DNA of 64,000 nt from an uncultured delta proteobacterium (GCA_963790475.1 CAWBOS010000001.1:96001-160000); one strand, 5' to 3'. Positions 29,155-40,296 are shown, counted from the stretch's first letter. Made by a program: numbers and translations. The notes: generated from the sequence alone by a model not told the origin.

Positions 29155-29792
29155 GAAATTATACGGTCACCTCCAACCACATTCACCTGCTCGTTGCTGA
29201 TGATGGAGGCAGAGATGTCATTCCCAATTCAATACAACTGGTGGCTGGACGAACGGGCCAAGAGTTTAATCAGAGAAAGAATCGAAAAGGGGCCTATTGG
29301 GAAGATCGCTATCATGCCACGGCAGTAGAAAGCGGCAATCATCTGGCAAGATGCATGGTGTATATCGACACGAATATGGTACGTGCCGGTGTGGTCAGCC
29401 ATCCATCATCGTGGCCTTTTTGCGGATATAATGAAATTCAAGCGCCTCGAAGAAAAAATGTGCTGATTGACTATGAAAGGGTGCAAGAGTTGCTTGGAGC
29501 TGGATCCTATGAGCAGCTAAGGCTCATTCACAAAGGATGGATTGAGGAATACTTGGGAAAGGGAGACAAAACCCGTCAAGACGAATGGACGAAAAGTATT
29601 GCCGTGGGAAGCAGGACTTTCATCGAGAATGTGAAAGCACTCTTGGGCTTCAGGGCCGCGGGGAGGGGGATCATAGAAGGCGGAGGAGGGTATCATCTTC
29701 GAGAGGGAGATGCATCCTATAAGGCTCTTTTTGGGCCTCAAAAAGACGATATAGGCCCTGAAAACACCTTTTTCTGGGACATTAATTATTAA
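29155..29792 (+). pseudogene. REP-associated HUH tyrosine transposase (RAYT/Y1_Tnp), N-terminus missing
   Basis: SNHIHLL (HUH), WEDRYHA, YIDTNMVRAG and W..CGY; right-end motif cgtggcccgacccaat at 29808-29823. Confidence 0.85.
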
Positions 29793-29945
29793 TAATCCAC
29801 AAGTTGTCGTGGCCCGACCCAATGCCAGCAATGCCACTTTTTCACCTATTGATTGGGGACCTTATTACCAATTGGTGGAGGCCGGAATGGCGTGTCTTGA
29901 ATGTCCCCAATAACGAAAACCTTAACGGTCCGTTTAGGAGAATTT

Positions 29946-31130
29946 ATGCAAAAGTTTTTGATCTTTTTTTTAATCTTCATAGGTTTGGTGATAGTCCTGG
30001 TGGCGGGAATTACTATTTTTGGTAAGAATAGATTTATAAAATTAGTTTTACTGAAGATATCAAAGCCCGGTTCCGGCTTTGAATTATCCTACCGGATTCC
30101 GGCACCCGATTATGCCCGACCGGAAAACTGGGCGGCACTGCCTGATAGAAAAGACCTGGCCGATTTAGTCCCGAAAGGGGTTGCGCCGGGAGACGGGCAA
30201 GCGAAGGCCCCTGTTGACGTATTTTTTATTCACCCGACCGGGTATCTGCATGGCGACAGCTGGAACTCGCCTATGGATCCGAACAGCATTACCGAAGAAA
30301 ACACCCAATGGATGATGGCCAATCATGCCAGCGTTTTCAACGGATGCGGCAGGGTTTACGCGCCCAGGTACCGGGAAGCCGTTCTTTATTCCTTTATAAG
30401 TGATGACCAACAGCAGGCCGCAAAGGCCATTGATTTTGCCTATCGGGATGTGGAGGCGGCCTTCGATTATTTCCTGGAGCATTTCAGCCGGGGACGCCCC
30501 TTTATTATCGCCAGCCATAGCCAGGGTACCTGGCATGCCCTCAAACTCCTCGCGAATCGCATTGACCGAACCGATCTAGTGCAGCGGTTGATTGCCGCCT
30601 ATATCATCGGCGGCCAGGTGACCGTTGAAGATATTGAACGGATGACCGATATTAAGGCCTGTAAAAACTCTACCGACCTCCACTGTGTGGTCCATTGGAA
30701 GACGTTCGCTGAGGGTGGCAAGGAAGATCGAATAAAACCGAACGAAACGTTTCTGTGCACCAATCCCTTATCCTGGAAGGTCGACAATGAGAGGGTACCG
30801 GCTGACTTCAATCGTGGAGCGGTTTTGCCGACCGGTAAATTTAATTTGAAACTTTGGGGAAAGGATAAGGCTAAAGGAACCGTATTCGGACCGCTGGAAA
30901 GCCCGATACCGAAACACACCTGGGCCCAGTGCCAATCCGGACTGCTTTATGTGGCAAAGCAAACAGACAAGGGGTTTTCAAAGTATCGGGCAATGAAAAA
31001 CTACCACGGATTGGACTATGCGCTTTTTTATATGGATATTCGGGAAAATGCCATTCAACGGGTCGATACCTATCTGAAGATGCACGGCTTAACCTGTAAT
31101 AAACACAGCTTGCCCGACGGCAAACATTGA
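29946..31130 (+). CDS. DUF3089-family alpha/beta hydrolase with N-terminal membrane anchor
   Basis: VDVFFIHPT, VYAPRYR, PFIIASHSQG and YHGLDY. Confidence 0.85.
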   Translation: MQKFLIFFLIFIGLVIVLVAGITIFGKNRFIKLVLLKISKPGSGFELSYRIPAPDYARPENWAALPDRKDLADLVPKGVAPGDGQAKAPVDVFFIHPTGYLHGDSWNSPMDPNSITEENTQWMMANHASVFNGCGRVYAPRYREAVLYSFISDDQQQAAKAIDFAYRDVEAAFDYFLEHFSRGRPFIIASHSQGTWHALKLLANRIDRTDLVQRLIAAYIIGGQVTVEDIERMTDIKACKNSTDLHCVVHWKTFAEGGKEDRIKPNETFLCTNPLSWKVDNERVPADFNRGAVLPTGKFNLKLWGKDKAKGTVFGPLESPIPKHTWAQCQSGLLYVAKQTDKGFSKYRAMKNYHGLDYALFYMDIRENAIQRVDTYLKMHGLTCNKHSLPDGKH

Positions 31131-31190
31131 CAAAGAAATTTTCTCTTCATATACTCCAGCAATACCTGATGCAATAGAAATGAGGCAAGT

Positions 31191-31778
31191 ATGAAGAAAC
31201 CGATCAAAATAATACTGCGCCTTCTGGTTGTAATTGTACTGGGCAGCACCATCGGCATTGGATCCGCTATACTGGCTATGAAAGTCGTTTATAGTGCCGG
31301 AGCTGTTACGAATGGCCCGTGGCGAACCAATCTGACTATGGGCAGCCGGCAGGCGAATATGTATACGCGCGCTGCTATTGCCCTCTCCGCCCTTTTCGCC
31401 CTTAACCAGTCCGAGACGATCTATTATTCAGCCATGGGTGATGACAGCAGGCAAAGGTTCAGCGGCGATAATGTTTACCGCATCGAAGGTAAAGCGCCGG
31501 AAGCCCGGTGGTGGAGCATAACAGCTTACGGCGCTAATAATTTTCTCATCCCTAACGAAATGAACCGTTATTCATACAGTGGCAACAGCGTCACGTTTGA
31601 CCGGAATGGCACATTCATCATATATGTATCGAAAATCCGGAAGCCGGGCAACTGGCTGCCGCTGGGAGACAGGAAGAGATTTTCCCTGACCCTCCGGTTG
31701 TATAACCCTGGGGAGTCGATACGAAAGAGTCCCGCAACGGTGGCATTGCCCCACATCATCAAGGAGGAAGGCCAGTGA
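31191..31778 (+). CDS. DUF1214-domain protein
   Basis: ARWWSITAY, GNWLP and LTLRLYNP motifs. Confidence 0.8.
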   Translation: MKKPIKIILRLLVVIVLGSTIGIGSAILAMKVVYSAGAVTNGPWRTNLTMGSRQANMYTRAAIALSALFALNQSETIYYSAMGDDSRQRFSGDNVYRIEGKAPEARWWSITAYGANNFLIPNEMNRYSYSGNSVTFDRNGTFIIYVSKIRKPGNWLPLGDRKRFSLTLRLYNPGESIRKSPATVALPHIIKEEGQ

Positions 31779-32335
31779 AAAAATGGCTTTTATGGACTTC
31801 CCTGGGCACACTGGTTGTCGCAATAGCTGTACACGTCATCACCGTTATTGCTGTCCCTAGAATCATCATGAAAGTCGCCTTCGCCAGGCCCCCTACCAAC
31901 CAACTGGTGAAAGGCTCAAAGATTACCGCACGTAGCAGGACGGCGGTCAGGCCCAGCCCTGACCTCGTCTATTCCAGAGTCTCCTATGATGTGAGCAAAG
32001 GACCCATTCGGTTAACGGCGAAGGTGCCGACCGACACTTACTGGTCCGTATCCGGCTTTCAGGATAATACAGACAATTTTTTCGTTGTTAATGACAGGCA
32101 GGTCAAGTCCAACCCCGTAGAAATCATTCTTGTCAGGCAGGGCAGGCAGGTTTCTGAAGCGGGCAATGCGCATATAGTGGTTTCACCAACCGACAGGGGC
32201 ATACTGTTCGTCCGACATCTGCTCGTGAGCGATGATAAATACGCCGAACTCAAAATGATCCAGAACGAGTCTTATCTACAAATCGGTGATGCCCCGGGCT
32301 CGCCAACTGTACCGACTAAAGAAAGAGAAAATTAG
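31775..32335 (+). CDS. DUF1254-domain protein
   Basis: RPSPDLVYS, YWSVS and NFFVVND; GTGA overlap with the DUF1214 gene. Confidence 0.75.
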   Translation: MKKWLLWTSLGTLVVAIAVHVITVIAVPRIIMKVAFARPPTNQLVKGSKITARSRTAVRPSPDLVYSRVSYDVSKGPIRLTAKVPTDTYWSVSGFQDNTDNFFVVNDRQVKSNPVEIILVRQGRQVSEAGNAHIVVSPTDRGILFVRHLLVSDDKYAELKMIQNESYLQIGDAPGSPTVPTKEREN

Positions 32336-32418
32336 AACTCCCATGTTACCCATAACGTGGACAATCATAATTGAATATTTCAAATCGGTAATCGTTAGTC
32401 GACGGGAAATATAAACCA

Positions 32419-32952
32419 TTGGCAAACAAACCAGGGACCCCCATCCTAAATCTCTTGAACTTCTGGAATCGGGGTCACCCATTAAGGGATTCCTCTATAG
32501 CGGTGCCCCAGCTCATCAAAGACGGACAGGCCCCAAAGTTAAAGTGGGCTGGACAGTGGAACTCAAGATATGGGTGGGATTTTTTACTGTATGTGGAGAA
32601 ACTCGACAAAGATTCCGCACAGATCGTCCAATCCTGGGGGGAGTATAACACTTCAAAAATGAGTTGCCATTGTGAACCGGATTGGGCAAGGGTGCAAAAG
32701 GCCAAAGCAACTTATCGTGAAGGGAAGGCGACAATTGAATTTATTACACCCAATCTTCAAAGTCGCATCTTTAAAAGGAAAATGCACACGTTGTCCGGGG
32801 AAAACGAAGGATGGGTCAGTAACAACCCCAAAGGCCATGGATATTACGACTTTTCTTATACAGTCAAAAAGAACGAGCCTAATATCATGAAAGGACATTT
32901 CATAAGCGGGAAAAACAGTCATCTATTTATTGAAACGAAAAGGATTGATTAG
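32419..32952 (+). pseudogene. Chimeric or hypothetical ORF containing a short atuA-like fragment
   Basis: DSSIAVPQLIKDGQ (about 32487-32531) matches 60567-60611 at the nucleotide level; the remainder is unrecognised. Confidence 0.4.
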
Positions 32953-32975
32953 TACGGGGGTTGGGATCAATGCTT

Positions 32976-33085
32976 AAACCATGACAATTTGAATTATTTA
33001 ATCCGGGGCGTTCTTGAATCGGCCCATTGCTAACCCTGTAGACCCTCGAAGCACCGAACCATCAGGCCACACAACCGACGGGCCC
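32976..33085 (+). repeat. Mosaic intergenic repeat, copy 2, followed by a ggggtcgggccacg motif
   Basis: Aligns by eye to the 27154 and 37629 copies. Confidence 0.85.
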
Positions 33086-33243
33086 TTTTGAAAGGGGGTC
33101 GGGCCACGAGAACAAAATGAACTTACCTGGGATATTGAAAAATTTTCCCCTTTAAATAAGCCTGTAATGAGCTTTTTGAGACAAAAAAAGACAGTTTTCT
33201 CCCGGCCAAAGGAAGAGAAGTCATGGTTGGCGACAAACAGAAA

Positions 33244-34773
33244 TTAAAACCTGTTCTTTTCGGCTGCCGCCCTTTTCCTGGCGATCTGGCCGAAGGCCCA
33301 GGCCTCGGGATAATTGCTTCCCCCTTGATAGAGGAAACCAAAGAATGATCCCAGTTCCCCGGCGGCGTACAGTCCGGGAATTGGCCTGCCGTCGAAATCC
33401 AATACCTGACAGTCACCGTTATGCTTGGGGCCTCCCTGGGTATTTACCAGCGTAAGCCCCAGTTCAACGGCATAATAGGGAGGCGTCTCCAGGGGGGCCA
33501 AAGAGTTTTCTTTTCGGCCGAATTGCGGATCGCGGTTGTCCCGACAGGCGCGATTGAAATCGCGGATCGTTTCTTCCAAGGCACCCGCGTCCGCCCCGAT
33601 CAGGCCGGCTAGGTCGGCTATCTTGTCCGTCTGGAATATCCAGCCTTTGTCGATCTCGGCCAGATTGTCGCTGCTCCAGTCGTAAATCCCGTGGACCAGG
33701 CTGTAACCGACCGGTCCTTCCCATACCTTCTGAATCTGTTCCCGCGTACTGGCAACGGGCCCCCGGCGCCGATAGGCCTCATCAAAGATCATGAAGGCGG
33801 GCAGATTGCGGTATTCCGCGCGTTCGTGGTCAAAGGACAGGATCTCCAAAGGCGCCTTGCGATGAACGAGGTTGGTGTTCTCGGCCATGAATCTTTTCCC
33901 GTATCGGTTAACGAACATGAAGCTGCCCTCCGGCATCGTTATGCCCAAACCGGCTCCCACCGCTGTCCCGAAGGCCTGGCTTGGCTTTTTGGCGCATAGG
34001 GCGCCCCACTCTATCGAGGCCATGTGCCAGAGGGCGGCCCCGGCCTCGGAAGCCAGCTTAATCCCGTCACCGGTGTTTCCCGGTGTCCCCCAGGGGAAAA
34101 TGTAATTCGTCGCCCCGGGAAAATTGAAGTCGGCCAGCATGGACGGATTGTATTCGTATCCGCCACAGGCCAGAATAACTCCCTTGCGGGCCATTATGGT
34201 TATATCCCGTCCATTTTGTCGGGCTTTCAGGCCTCTGACTTCATGGCTTCGCTTGTCCTGGATCAGCTCCCGGGCCTCGGTATTCATCAGAACTTGGATC
34301 TTCTTCTTTTGCACCAGGTTATCCAGAAACTGAAACCCTTTCTGCCCGGTCGGGCTGAAGCGGATGAGCTGAAGTTTTCTGCTCAGAAAGGCGGGAAAAT
34401 AGGTAGGCAACATGGCCCGGATTTTGAACTCCGCTCCCAGTTCGGCCAACAAACGGGGGATCCCCACCATAGCCTCGGCAAAGACACGGATCATCGCCTC
34501 ATCCACTGTGCCGAAAGAAAGGGCGCGGTAATAATTCACGGCCTCCTCGAGGTCATCCGGGATCAGCATGGCCCCGGCACAGACCCCGCTGTTTCCTCCC
34601 GGATATCCTAATTTTTCCATGATCAGCACCTGCGCCCCGGCCTGGTGGGCAGCCAGAGCGGCATTGGCCCCGGCCGCTCCGTACCCGACAATCAGTACAT
34701 CCGTTTTATGGTCGACCGCCCCGGTCAGGGGACCCGTATTCTCCAGGTATTTGTTGTTTCCTTTTTCCGGCAT
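33244..34773 (-). CDS. FAD-dependent oxidoreductase (flavocytochrome c / fumarate reductase flavoprotein-like)
   Basis: DVLIVGYGAAG, VILACGG, NTGDG, TQGG and GLYAAGE. Confidence 0.88.
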   Translation of the reverse strand: MPEKGNNKYLENTGPLTGAVDHKTDVLIVGYGAAGANAALAAHQAGAQVLIMEKLGYPGGNSGVCAGAMLIPDDLEEAVNYYRALSFGTVDEAMIRVFAEAMVGIPRLLAELGAEFKIRAMLPTYFPAFLSRKLQLIRFSPTGQKGFQFLDNLVQKKKIQVLMNTEARELIQDKRSHEVRGLKARQNGRDITIMARKGVILACGGYEYNPSMLADFNFPGATNYIFPWGTPGNTGDGIKLASEAGAALWHMASIEWGALCAKKPSQAFGTAVGAGLGITMPEGSFMFVNRYGKRFMAENTNLVHRKAPLEILSFDHERAEYRNLPAFMIFDEAYRRRGPVASTREQIQKVWEGPVGYSLVHGIYDWSSDNLAEIDKGWIFQTDKIADLAGLIGADAGALEETIRDFNRACRDNRDPQFGRKENSLAPLETPPYYAVELGLTLVNTQGGPKHNGDCQVLDFDGRPIPGLYAAGELGSFFGFLYQGGSNYPEAWAFGQIARKRAAAEKNRF

Positions 34774-35190
34774 TCTCTCCTCCTTGGGAAAATAGCTTCA
34801 TCGCGGCTGATCCCATTTTTCTCCGACTCACAAAATTCCGGGGAGCCGGATCAGCAGCCGGATGGTCAATTTATGAAAACTCCTTGATAAGAATTTCCTT
34901 TCTGATGAAGAGAATATAAGGGAAAGAAAAGAGATGGTCAAACAGAAAAAAATGTGGTTTGATAGGCGCGGGGTAACGGAGTCGGGCACAAAAACTAATT
35001 GTCCTGGGAGGGATTAAAGCTATCTGTGCCCTCTATGAATAATATAAAAAGAGAAAAGTAAAAAGGTAAAGGCGGGTTTCCGGCCCGGGGGAGAAATCAG
35101 GGAAGAAGACCATGAGTATCAGATAAGGAATCAGCAGTTATCAGGCCCGACCCTGGAACCGACTGGTTACCATCATAACCTGGAGATCCT

Positions 35191-36681
35191 ATGACTAAAA
35201 ATATCAGCGAACAATTGCAGCCTATTTTCAACGCGAGATCGGTGGCCGTGATCGGGGCTTCGAGTGCTCCCTTCAAGTGGGGTGCGCAAACGGTTCATCG
35301 GCTGATCAACTTTGGCTTCCATGGAGCCGTTTATCCCATCCATCCTAAGGAGAAGGACATTCAGGGACTCAGGGCCTACCCTTCGGTGCTGGACGTAAAG
35401 GAGTGCATCGATCTGGCGGTGATAACCGTGCCGGCGGAACGGGTCCCCCGGTCGATAAAAGAGTGTGTAAAAAAGGGGATCAGGGGCGCCATCATTATTT
35501 CGGCGGATTTCGCGGAAACCGGTGCGCGCGGTCGCGCTCTCCAGGAGGAAACCACGGAAATCGCACGGCAAGGAGGTCTCCGATTCGTGGGACCGAATTG
35601 TTTCGGACTTTTTAATTCCTCCAATGGTTTAAATACCCTTCCGACGGTTCCGGCCAAGGGAGAGATCGGTTTTATCTCTCAGAGCGGTTCCCTGGTGCAC
35701 ATGGTCGCCAGCGTCGCCTCAGCCAAAGGGTATGGGTTTAGTAAGCTGGTCAGCGCGGGGAATCAGGCCGACCTGGACGTCGCCGATTACCTGGAGTTTA
35801 TGGGGGAAGACCCGGAAACAAAATCCATCGTTATCTACCTGGAGGGTTTCAAAGACGGACGGAAATTCCTGAAGGTCGCCAGAGAAATCGCCGCTAAAAA
35901 GCCGGTCGTTATTTACAAGGCCGGGCGCCATCCCGGCAGCAATCGCGTATCCATGTCTCATACCGCCAATATGACCGGAGAGGACCGGGTCTTCGAAGCC
36001 ATGTGCCGCCAGGCCGGACTCATCAGGGCCAACACGCTGCAGGCCACTATGGATATGGCGGCCATATTGACCAAACAGCCCTCCCCCCATGGAAACCGGA
36101 TCGGGATTCAGGGGACCGGCGGCCAGTGCATGATTTTGACGGATACCTGCCTTTCTCTGGGCCTGGAAGTTCCGGAACTATCCGATGAAGAGGCGGAACA
36201 GGTGATATCCGGAATCGATTTTCCGGCCCATGCTCCGTTTCCCAGAAATCCGATTGACTTTGCCGGCAGTCATACGGCCCTGATGGATGCGACCGTCATT
36301 AATAACCTGGCCCGGCTGGACAAGATCGACGCCATCATTTCCTATCGGCCGGTCACCTTTCACCGTGAGTCAAGTGATTCTCCGGAACAGGTCGAGGAGA
36401 TGGACCGGAAAGTCGGAGAGTTATTGGCTGAAGCCCCCTGGAAATATGGGAAACCCCTGATTCTCATCGGCTTTGATCAGGCCATTAAAAACGAGGTGTT
36501 GCGGGGAAGTGAAATAATCGATCAGGCCTTAAAAGAGGCGGGCATATTGAGTTTCCTGACTCTGGAAGATGCGGCCGGGGCCATGCAGGCCCTGGTGAGC
36601 TATGCAAACATTAAAAGTAGAAATCGGGGACCAGACCAAGGGATTAAATTTTCAAAGAATTATACAAGAAGTGATGGGTAA
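35191..36681 (+). CDS. ADP-forming acyl-CoA synthetase alpha-subunit-like protein
   Basis: SVAVIGAS, GPNCFG, ISQSG, GNQAD, SHTA (phospho-His) and NPID. Confidence 0.88.
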   Translation: MTKNISEQLQPIFNARSVAVIGASSAPFKWGAQTVHRLINFGFHGAVYPIHPKEKDIQGLRAYPSVLDVKECIDLAVITVPAERVPRSIKECVKKGIRGAIIISADFAETGARGRALQEETTEIARQGGLRFVGPNCFGLFNSSNGLNTLPTVPAKGEIGFISQSGSLVHMVASVASAKGYGFSKLVSAGNQADLDVADYLEFMGEDPETKSIVIYLEGFKDGRKFLKVAREIAAKKPVVIYKAGRHPGSNRVSMSHTANMTGEDRVFEAMCRQAGLIRANTLQATMDMAAILTKQPSPHGNRIGIQGTGGQCMILTDTCLSLGLEVPELSDEEAEQVISGIDFPAHAPFPRNPIDFAGSHTALMDATVINNLARLDKIDAIISYRPVTFHRESSDSPEQVEEMDRKVGELLAEAPWKYGKPLILIGFDQAIKNEVLRGSEIIDQALKEAGILSFLTLEDAAGAMQALVSYANIKSRNRGPDQGIKFSKNYTRSDG

Positions 36682-36971
36682 AAGAGACCTTAAGCCGGCT
36701 TTTTATCCCCAAAAAGAAGCCTTTAAGAGGAATACCGATTCTGTGCAGAGGTAGGGGGTCAGGTTCAGAATCTTGCATACTCTAACGTATTAAAGGGGAA
36801 CACCGGGGTAGCAGGTTGATCTTTAAAAGACTGGGCATCCGACCTGGATTCCGGCAGAACTCTATAGAGGGACCCGGCAGCATGTTATAGGGACCAGAAA
36901 GCAACATTCCGCATCTTATGTGGATCCATCTAATTAATGTCGGCTGCCAAAAGAAGGGGAGATAGAACATC

Positions 36972-37565
36972 ATGTCCATCATTTCTGCATGCATTCTCCT
37001 GTTTATGGTGATGGATCCATTCGGGAACACACCTTTCTTCCTGAGTGTTCTCAAAACCGTCCCAAAGGAAAGGCGAAAAAGAGTAATCACCAGAGAACTC
37101 CTGATCGCCTTGCTCATTCTGATGGCGTTCTTTTTTTTAGGCCCATATTTTCTGGGGGTACTGCAGATCTCCGAGTCTTCCCTACGTATTTCAGGTGGTA
37201 TTGTTCTGTTCTTGATCGCAATCAAGATGATATTTGGCGGAACACAAGAAATGTTCAAGGGCACTCCGGAGGGGGAACCCTTGATCGTGCCACTGGCAGT
37301 TCCTGCCATAGCCGGTCCCTCAACGGTGGCTACTATTCTTCTCCTCGTGGCGCAAGAACCGAGCCGTTGGCCGGAGTGGTTGCTATCTCTGTGCCTGGCG
37401 TGGTTGAGCACTGCGTTAATTCTGCTGTCTTCGACAGAACTCGCCAGACTCTTGGGTGAAAGAGGCCTGACTGCGATCGAACGGCTGATGGGACTCCTCC
37501 TGACGGCAATTTCCGTCGAAATGTTTCTGCAAGGAATTCGTCCATTTCTCGGTTCGCATGTTTAA
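36972..37565 (+). CDS. MarC-family membrane protein
   Basis: MDPFGN, VPLAVPAIAGP and ERLMGLLL. Confidence 0.92.
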   Translation: MSIISACILLFMVMDPFGNTPFFLSVLKTVPKERRKRVITRELLIALLILMAFFFLGPYFLGVLQISESSLRISGGIVLFLIAIKMIFGGTQEMFKGTPEGEPLIVPLAVPAIAGPSTVATILLLVAQEPSRWPEWLLSLCLAWLSTALILLSSTELARLLGERGLTAIERLMGLLLTAISVEMFLQGIRPFLGSHV

Positions 37566-37628
37566 GTGAACATGCCAACCAAGAGTTGCCCAAGTGGAGA
37601 AGGCCATGGGGTCTCGGGGGCAAATTTT

Positions 37629-37840
37629 AAACCATGACAATTTGAATCATATAATCCGGGGCGTTGTTGAATTGGTATATTGCGAACCCTTAAGACCCCC
37701 AGAGCACCGAACCGTCCGGCCACGCCACCAACGATTCAAAGAATGGTTTTCGATTCCTGCCTGAATGAAGAAGACGCCCTCCGTCCCTTTGGCTTTGCCT
37801 TATTTTTCCCCTTGATTCTGTCTTTTTCTTGATTTAAACT
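37629..37840 (+). repeat. Mosaic intergenic repeat, copy 3, with promoter module
   Basis: Repeat body, then TTGATT-17-TAAACT (37812-37840). Confidence 0.8.
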
Positions 37841-37881
37841 CCTATCATCAATCTTATCAATTCTTATCTACAGTATATTGG

Positions 37882-38148
37882 ATGTTCGGACCCCAAAAAA
37901 ACATCACCGTTAAAATAAAACTCTATGGGGGTCTGGACCGACTCGCTAAAACAGATCACTACGACCCGGAGGCGGGAATTGAGATCCAAATAAAGCAGGG
38001 TGCCCGGCTGAAAAAAGTATTTGAAAAAATCGGTCTGAGCCGGCGCGAATCTGTTGTTTGTTTTGTCAACGGCAAAAACGTCGGTTTTGACGAAAAGCTT
38101 ATGAACAATGATGTTATTTTTTTCATGCGACCCGCATCCGGCGGTTAA
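37882..38148 (+). CDS. MoaD/ThiS-family sulfur carrier
   Basis: Ubiquitin-like size, C-terminal GG, upstream of the AOR gene. Confidence 0.85.
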   Translation: MFGPQKNITVKIKLYGGLDRLAKTDHYDPEAGIEIQIKQGARLKKVFEKIGLSRRESVVCFVNGKNVGFDEKLMNNDVIFFMRPASGG

Positions 38149-38331
38149 CCAGTTTCCATCCGGTAATGGCCTTCTTACCAATAAGCTGTGCTCTCCGCGG
38201 GGAGGAGCAAAAGCGTTGCATACATACGGCAGTCTGTGAGCATTTTGAGCCGACCCCCAATCCGCTGAGGGCGGACCATGGTTATTTAGATACATTTTTG
38301 AGGTTCTCATAACCACTTAGGAGGTGTGACG

Positions 38332-40296
38332 ATGTCTGGAGGCTATGTAGGCAAGTATGCTGTTGTTGATTTGTCATCCGGAGCGACGGATATCGTCAAG
38401 TTGTCTGACGATTTTTATCAAAGGTTTCTGACAGGATATGGTCTGGGGGCGGCGGTTATCACCGAACGTCAGAAAGCCGGTATCGATCCGCTTTCACCGG
38501 ATGCTCACCTGGGTTTTTGCTCGGGTCTTTTAACCGGGACAGGGGCGCCTTTTTCAGGCCGGTTCATGGTGGTCGGCAAATCGCCCCTGACCGGCGGCTG
38601 GGGGGATGCGAACTGCGGCGGTCACCTGTCGCGCGAGATCAAGCGGGCCGGTTTTGATGCTGTTTTTTTCACCGGCTGCGCCGATAAACCGGTCTGGGTC
38701 AACATCAATGATCAGGGTGTAGTGATCAAAGACGCGGCAGACCTATGGGGCAAAGACACCGTTGAAACCGAAGAAAAAATTATAAGGCAACTTGGGGATA
38801 AAAAGGTTCGGGTGGCGGCAATCGGGGTGGCCGGAGAGAAGCTTTCCTTAATTTCCGGCGTGGTGACCGAGGGCGGCAGAATTGCCGCCCGCTCAGGCCT
38901 GGGGGCGGTCATGGGCAGCAAAAAGCTGAAAGCGGTCGCTTTCAGTGGCAGCAAAGAGATCCCGGTGGCCCGACCCCAGAGCGTCAAGGACCTGACGTCG
39001 CGATACCTGTCGGATTTTAAGAGAAAGCCGCGACTGATGGACAAAATAAGCATCCGGTTCCTTGATGGTGTCAGCAAAATAATTTCCAAAACCGGTATCC
39101 GCTTTCCGGCCGAACCCGGCACGGTCAGGGAACTCTGGAGCCGCTGGGGCACCTGCGGTCTGACGGTCTATTCGGCCCTGATCGGGGATATGCCTATTCG
39201 CAACTGGGACGGTGCCGGATATGTCGACTACACTTTTGAGATGGCCGACCGGGTATCGGGCGAAAAGGTCATCAAGCAGCAAAAGCGAAAATATGCCTGC
39301 CAGAGCTGTCCGATGGGTTGCGGCGGCCTTATCGATATCGAGGCCGGCCGCTACCAGGGGACCACCGGCCACAAACCGGAATACGAAACAATGGCTGCTT
39401 TCGGGGGGCTGATCATGCACCATGATCTTGCGGCCATAATCGAGCTGAACGAGATGTGCAACCGCGCCGGCATCGACACGATTTCCGTGGGGGGAACGGT
39501 TGCCTTTGCGATCGAATGCTTTGAAAAAGGGCTCATCGACTCAAAGGCGGCCGGCGGACTCGATCTGGGCTGGGGCAAAACCGAAGCGATTGTAAAGCTG
39601 ACCGAGATGATTATCAACCGTGAAGGTTTGGGTGATCTATTGGCCGACGGCGTCAAAGCAGCTTCCGCGAAAATAGGAAACGGTTCGGAGGCCTTTGCCA
39701 TGCACGCCGGGGGTCAGGAGCTTCCCATGCACGATTCCCGGCTCGACCCCGGATATGCCATTGCCTACCAGTGCGAACCGACCCCCGGGCGCCACACCAT
39801 CGCCAGCTACCAGGATGCCGACCTACGGAGCGGAAAGAAACTATTTCCGGAGGTCCAACGCATGTTCAAGAGCGCCGACAACAAAGAAAGCAAAAAGATT
39901 GCGCTGCACACGGCCGCCAGCATATACGCGCAGCTGATCAACTGCAGCGGATTGTGCCTTTTAGGCGTAGACAGCCTGGATTACCCCATGGTCGAATATC
40001 TCAACGCCGTCACCGGTTGGGATCTTCCGGCGGATGAATATTTCAAGACCGGCCGCAGGATTCAGGCTCTGCGCAAGGCATTCAACCTGCGCGAAGGATT
40101 GCGACCAGGGGATGCAAAATTACACCCGCGCGCCCTGGGCAGTCCGCCACAAACCGCCGGGCCGCTCAAAGGCAAGACCATTGATCTCGATTCGCTGCAA
40201 GCCGTCTATTACCGGATTCTGGGATTTGATCCGGCCACCGGTGGTCCCACTCCGGAAACCCTGCAGGAGCTGGAAATAGATCACCTTTTTGCCTGA
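38332..40296 (+). CDS. aor: Aldehyde ferredoxin oxidoreductase (tungsten AOR family)
   Basis: KSPLTG, GLGAVMGSKKLKA, CxxCxxxC, PEYET, GIDTIS and HDSR. Confidence 0.92.
   Translation: MSGGYVGKYAVVDLSSGATDIVKLSDDFYQRFLTGYGLGAAVITERQKAGIDPLSPDAHLGFCSGLLTGTGAPFSGRFMVVGKSPLTGGWGDANCGGHLSREIKRAGFDAVFFTGCADKPVWVNINDQGVVIKDAADLWGKDTVETEEKIIRQLGDKKVRVAAIGVAGEKLSLISGVVTEGGRIAARSGLGAVMGSKKLKAVAFSGSKEIPVARPQSVKDLTSRYLSDFKRKPRLMDKISIRFLDGVSKIISKTGIRFPAEPGTVRELWSRWGTCGLTVYSALIGDMPIRNWDGAGYVDYTFEMADRVSGEKVIKQQKRKYACQSCPMGCGGLIDIEAGRYQGTTGHKPEYETMAAFGGLIMHHDLAAIIELNEMCNRAGIDTISVGGTVAFAIECFEKGLIDSKAAGGLDLGWGKTEAIVKLTEMIINREGLGDLLADGVKAASAKIGNGSEAFAMHAGGQELPMHDSRLDPGYAIAYQCEPTPGRHTIASYQDADLRSGKKLFPEVQRMFKSADNKESKKIALHTAASIYAQLINCSGLCLLGVDSLDYPMVEYLNAVTGWDLPADEYFKTGRRIQALRKAFNLREGLRPGDAKLHPRALGSPPQTAGPLKGKTIDLDSLQAVYYRILGFDPATGGPTPETLQELEIDHLFA

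Noticed and set aside
38150-38330. Moco/Wco riboswitch between moaD and aor
   Set aside because: Small hairpins only; no recognisable consensus.
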